IMG/VR virus record: IMGVR_UViG_3300020213_000110
Span: 1-24,520 of that record
Origin: a virus
Taxonomy: Duplodnaviria; Caudoviricetes
Length of the DNA stretch: 24,520 nt
Strand: one strand, 5' to 3'
The position numbers and the translations under genes were made by a program. The stretch's first letter is position 1, and each line of letters opens with the position of its first letter. This document shows, one piece after another, positions 24,332 to 24,520 of this stretch. The notes below the pieces were generated by a model. That model saw only the letters and a list, made by a program, of their open reading frames with translations, was not told the origin of the DNA and did no database searches.

Positions 24332-24520
24332 TGTAAATGGCCGGATGCGGAATCGGCCGACCCATTTACAACGTGCAACAGAATTACAACCAACTTTAAA
24401 ACCTAATATCAATGACTTAGGTGCCTATTATAGTAATTGTAAAGCTCTCTCTTTCTACGTGAATCTAATTAGAATAGGACAGAGACATATATGTGTGCAA
24501 TTTCAGCAACGGCCGGAAAC
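24311..24520. other. AT-rich region with TTACA(A)/TGTAA repeats, candidate replication origin
   Basis: TTACAA at 24314, 24366 and 24384; TGTAA at 24327, 24332 and 24438; sharp GC drop right after the primase gene. Confidence 0.5.

Larger units (their letters stand above)
1..24520. mobile_element. Temperate phage/prophage early region (lysogeny, RNA repair, recombination, replication modules), probably alphaproteobacterial host; extends beyond both window edges
   Basis: Integrase plus excisionase, S24 CI-like repressor between divergent operons, and tightly coupled small ORFs (ATGA/TGATG overlaps). Sak4/DUF669/helicase/primase-polymerase module. No host housekeeping cluster seen. Confidence 0.93.

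Overview
A 24.5-kb, GC-rich segment of a temperate phage or prophage, most likely from an Alphaproteobacterium. It covers the divergent early region. The leftward arm holds small hypothetical genes, a HAD-phosphatase/polynucleotide kinase and Rnl1-type RNA ligase pair, an excisionase and a tyrosine integrase. In the centre, an S24-type CI repressor gene interrupted by an in-frame TAG sits between two near-identical outward-facing promoters. The rightward arm holds recombination and replication genes (Sak4-like AAA_24 ATPase, DUF669 SSB-like protein, beta clamp, PD-(D/E)XK nuclease, SF2 helicase, two DNA methyltransferases, primase-polymerase/helicase, AT-rich putative origin). The most striking element is at 8771-9414, hidden inside a 469-codon ORF: nine stem-loop units whose stems differ in sequence but enclose a fixed 32-nt core, CC-N-[9 nt]-TG-NNNN-CC-N-[9 nt]-TG. 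It lies directly upstream of a nuclease-less IS110/Nop-like protein and downstream of an unknown 168-aa gene. This architecture fits a TIGR-Tas-type (TasA, stem-loop array) RNA-guided system, here placed where cro would normally be. Also notable are SsrA-tag-like AANDN motifs in several proteins and a (GCCA)7 microsatellite at the 3' end of a methyltransferase. All protein calls come from motif recognition by eye, with no database search.
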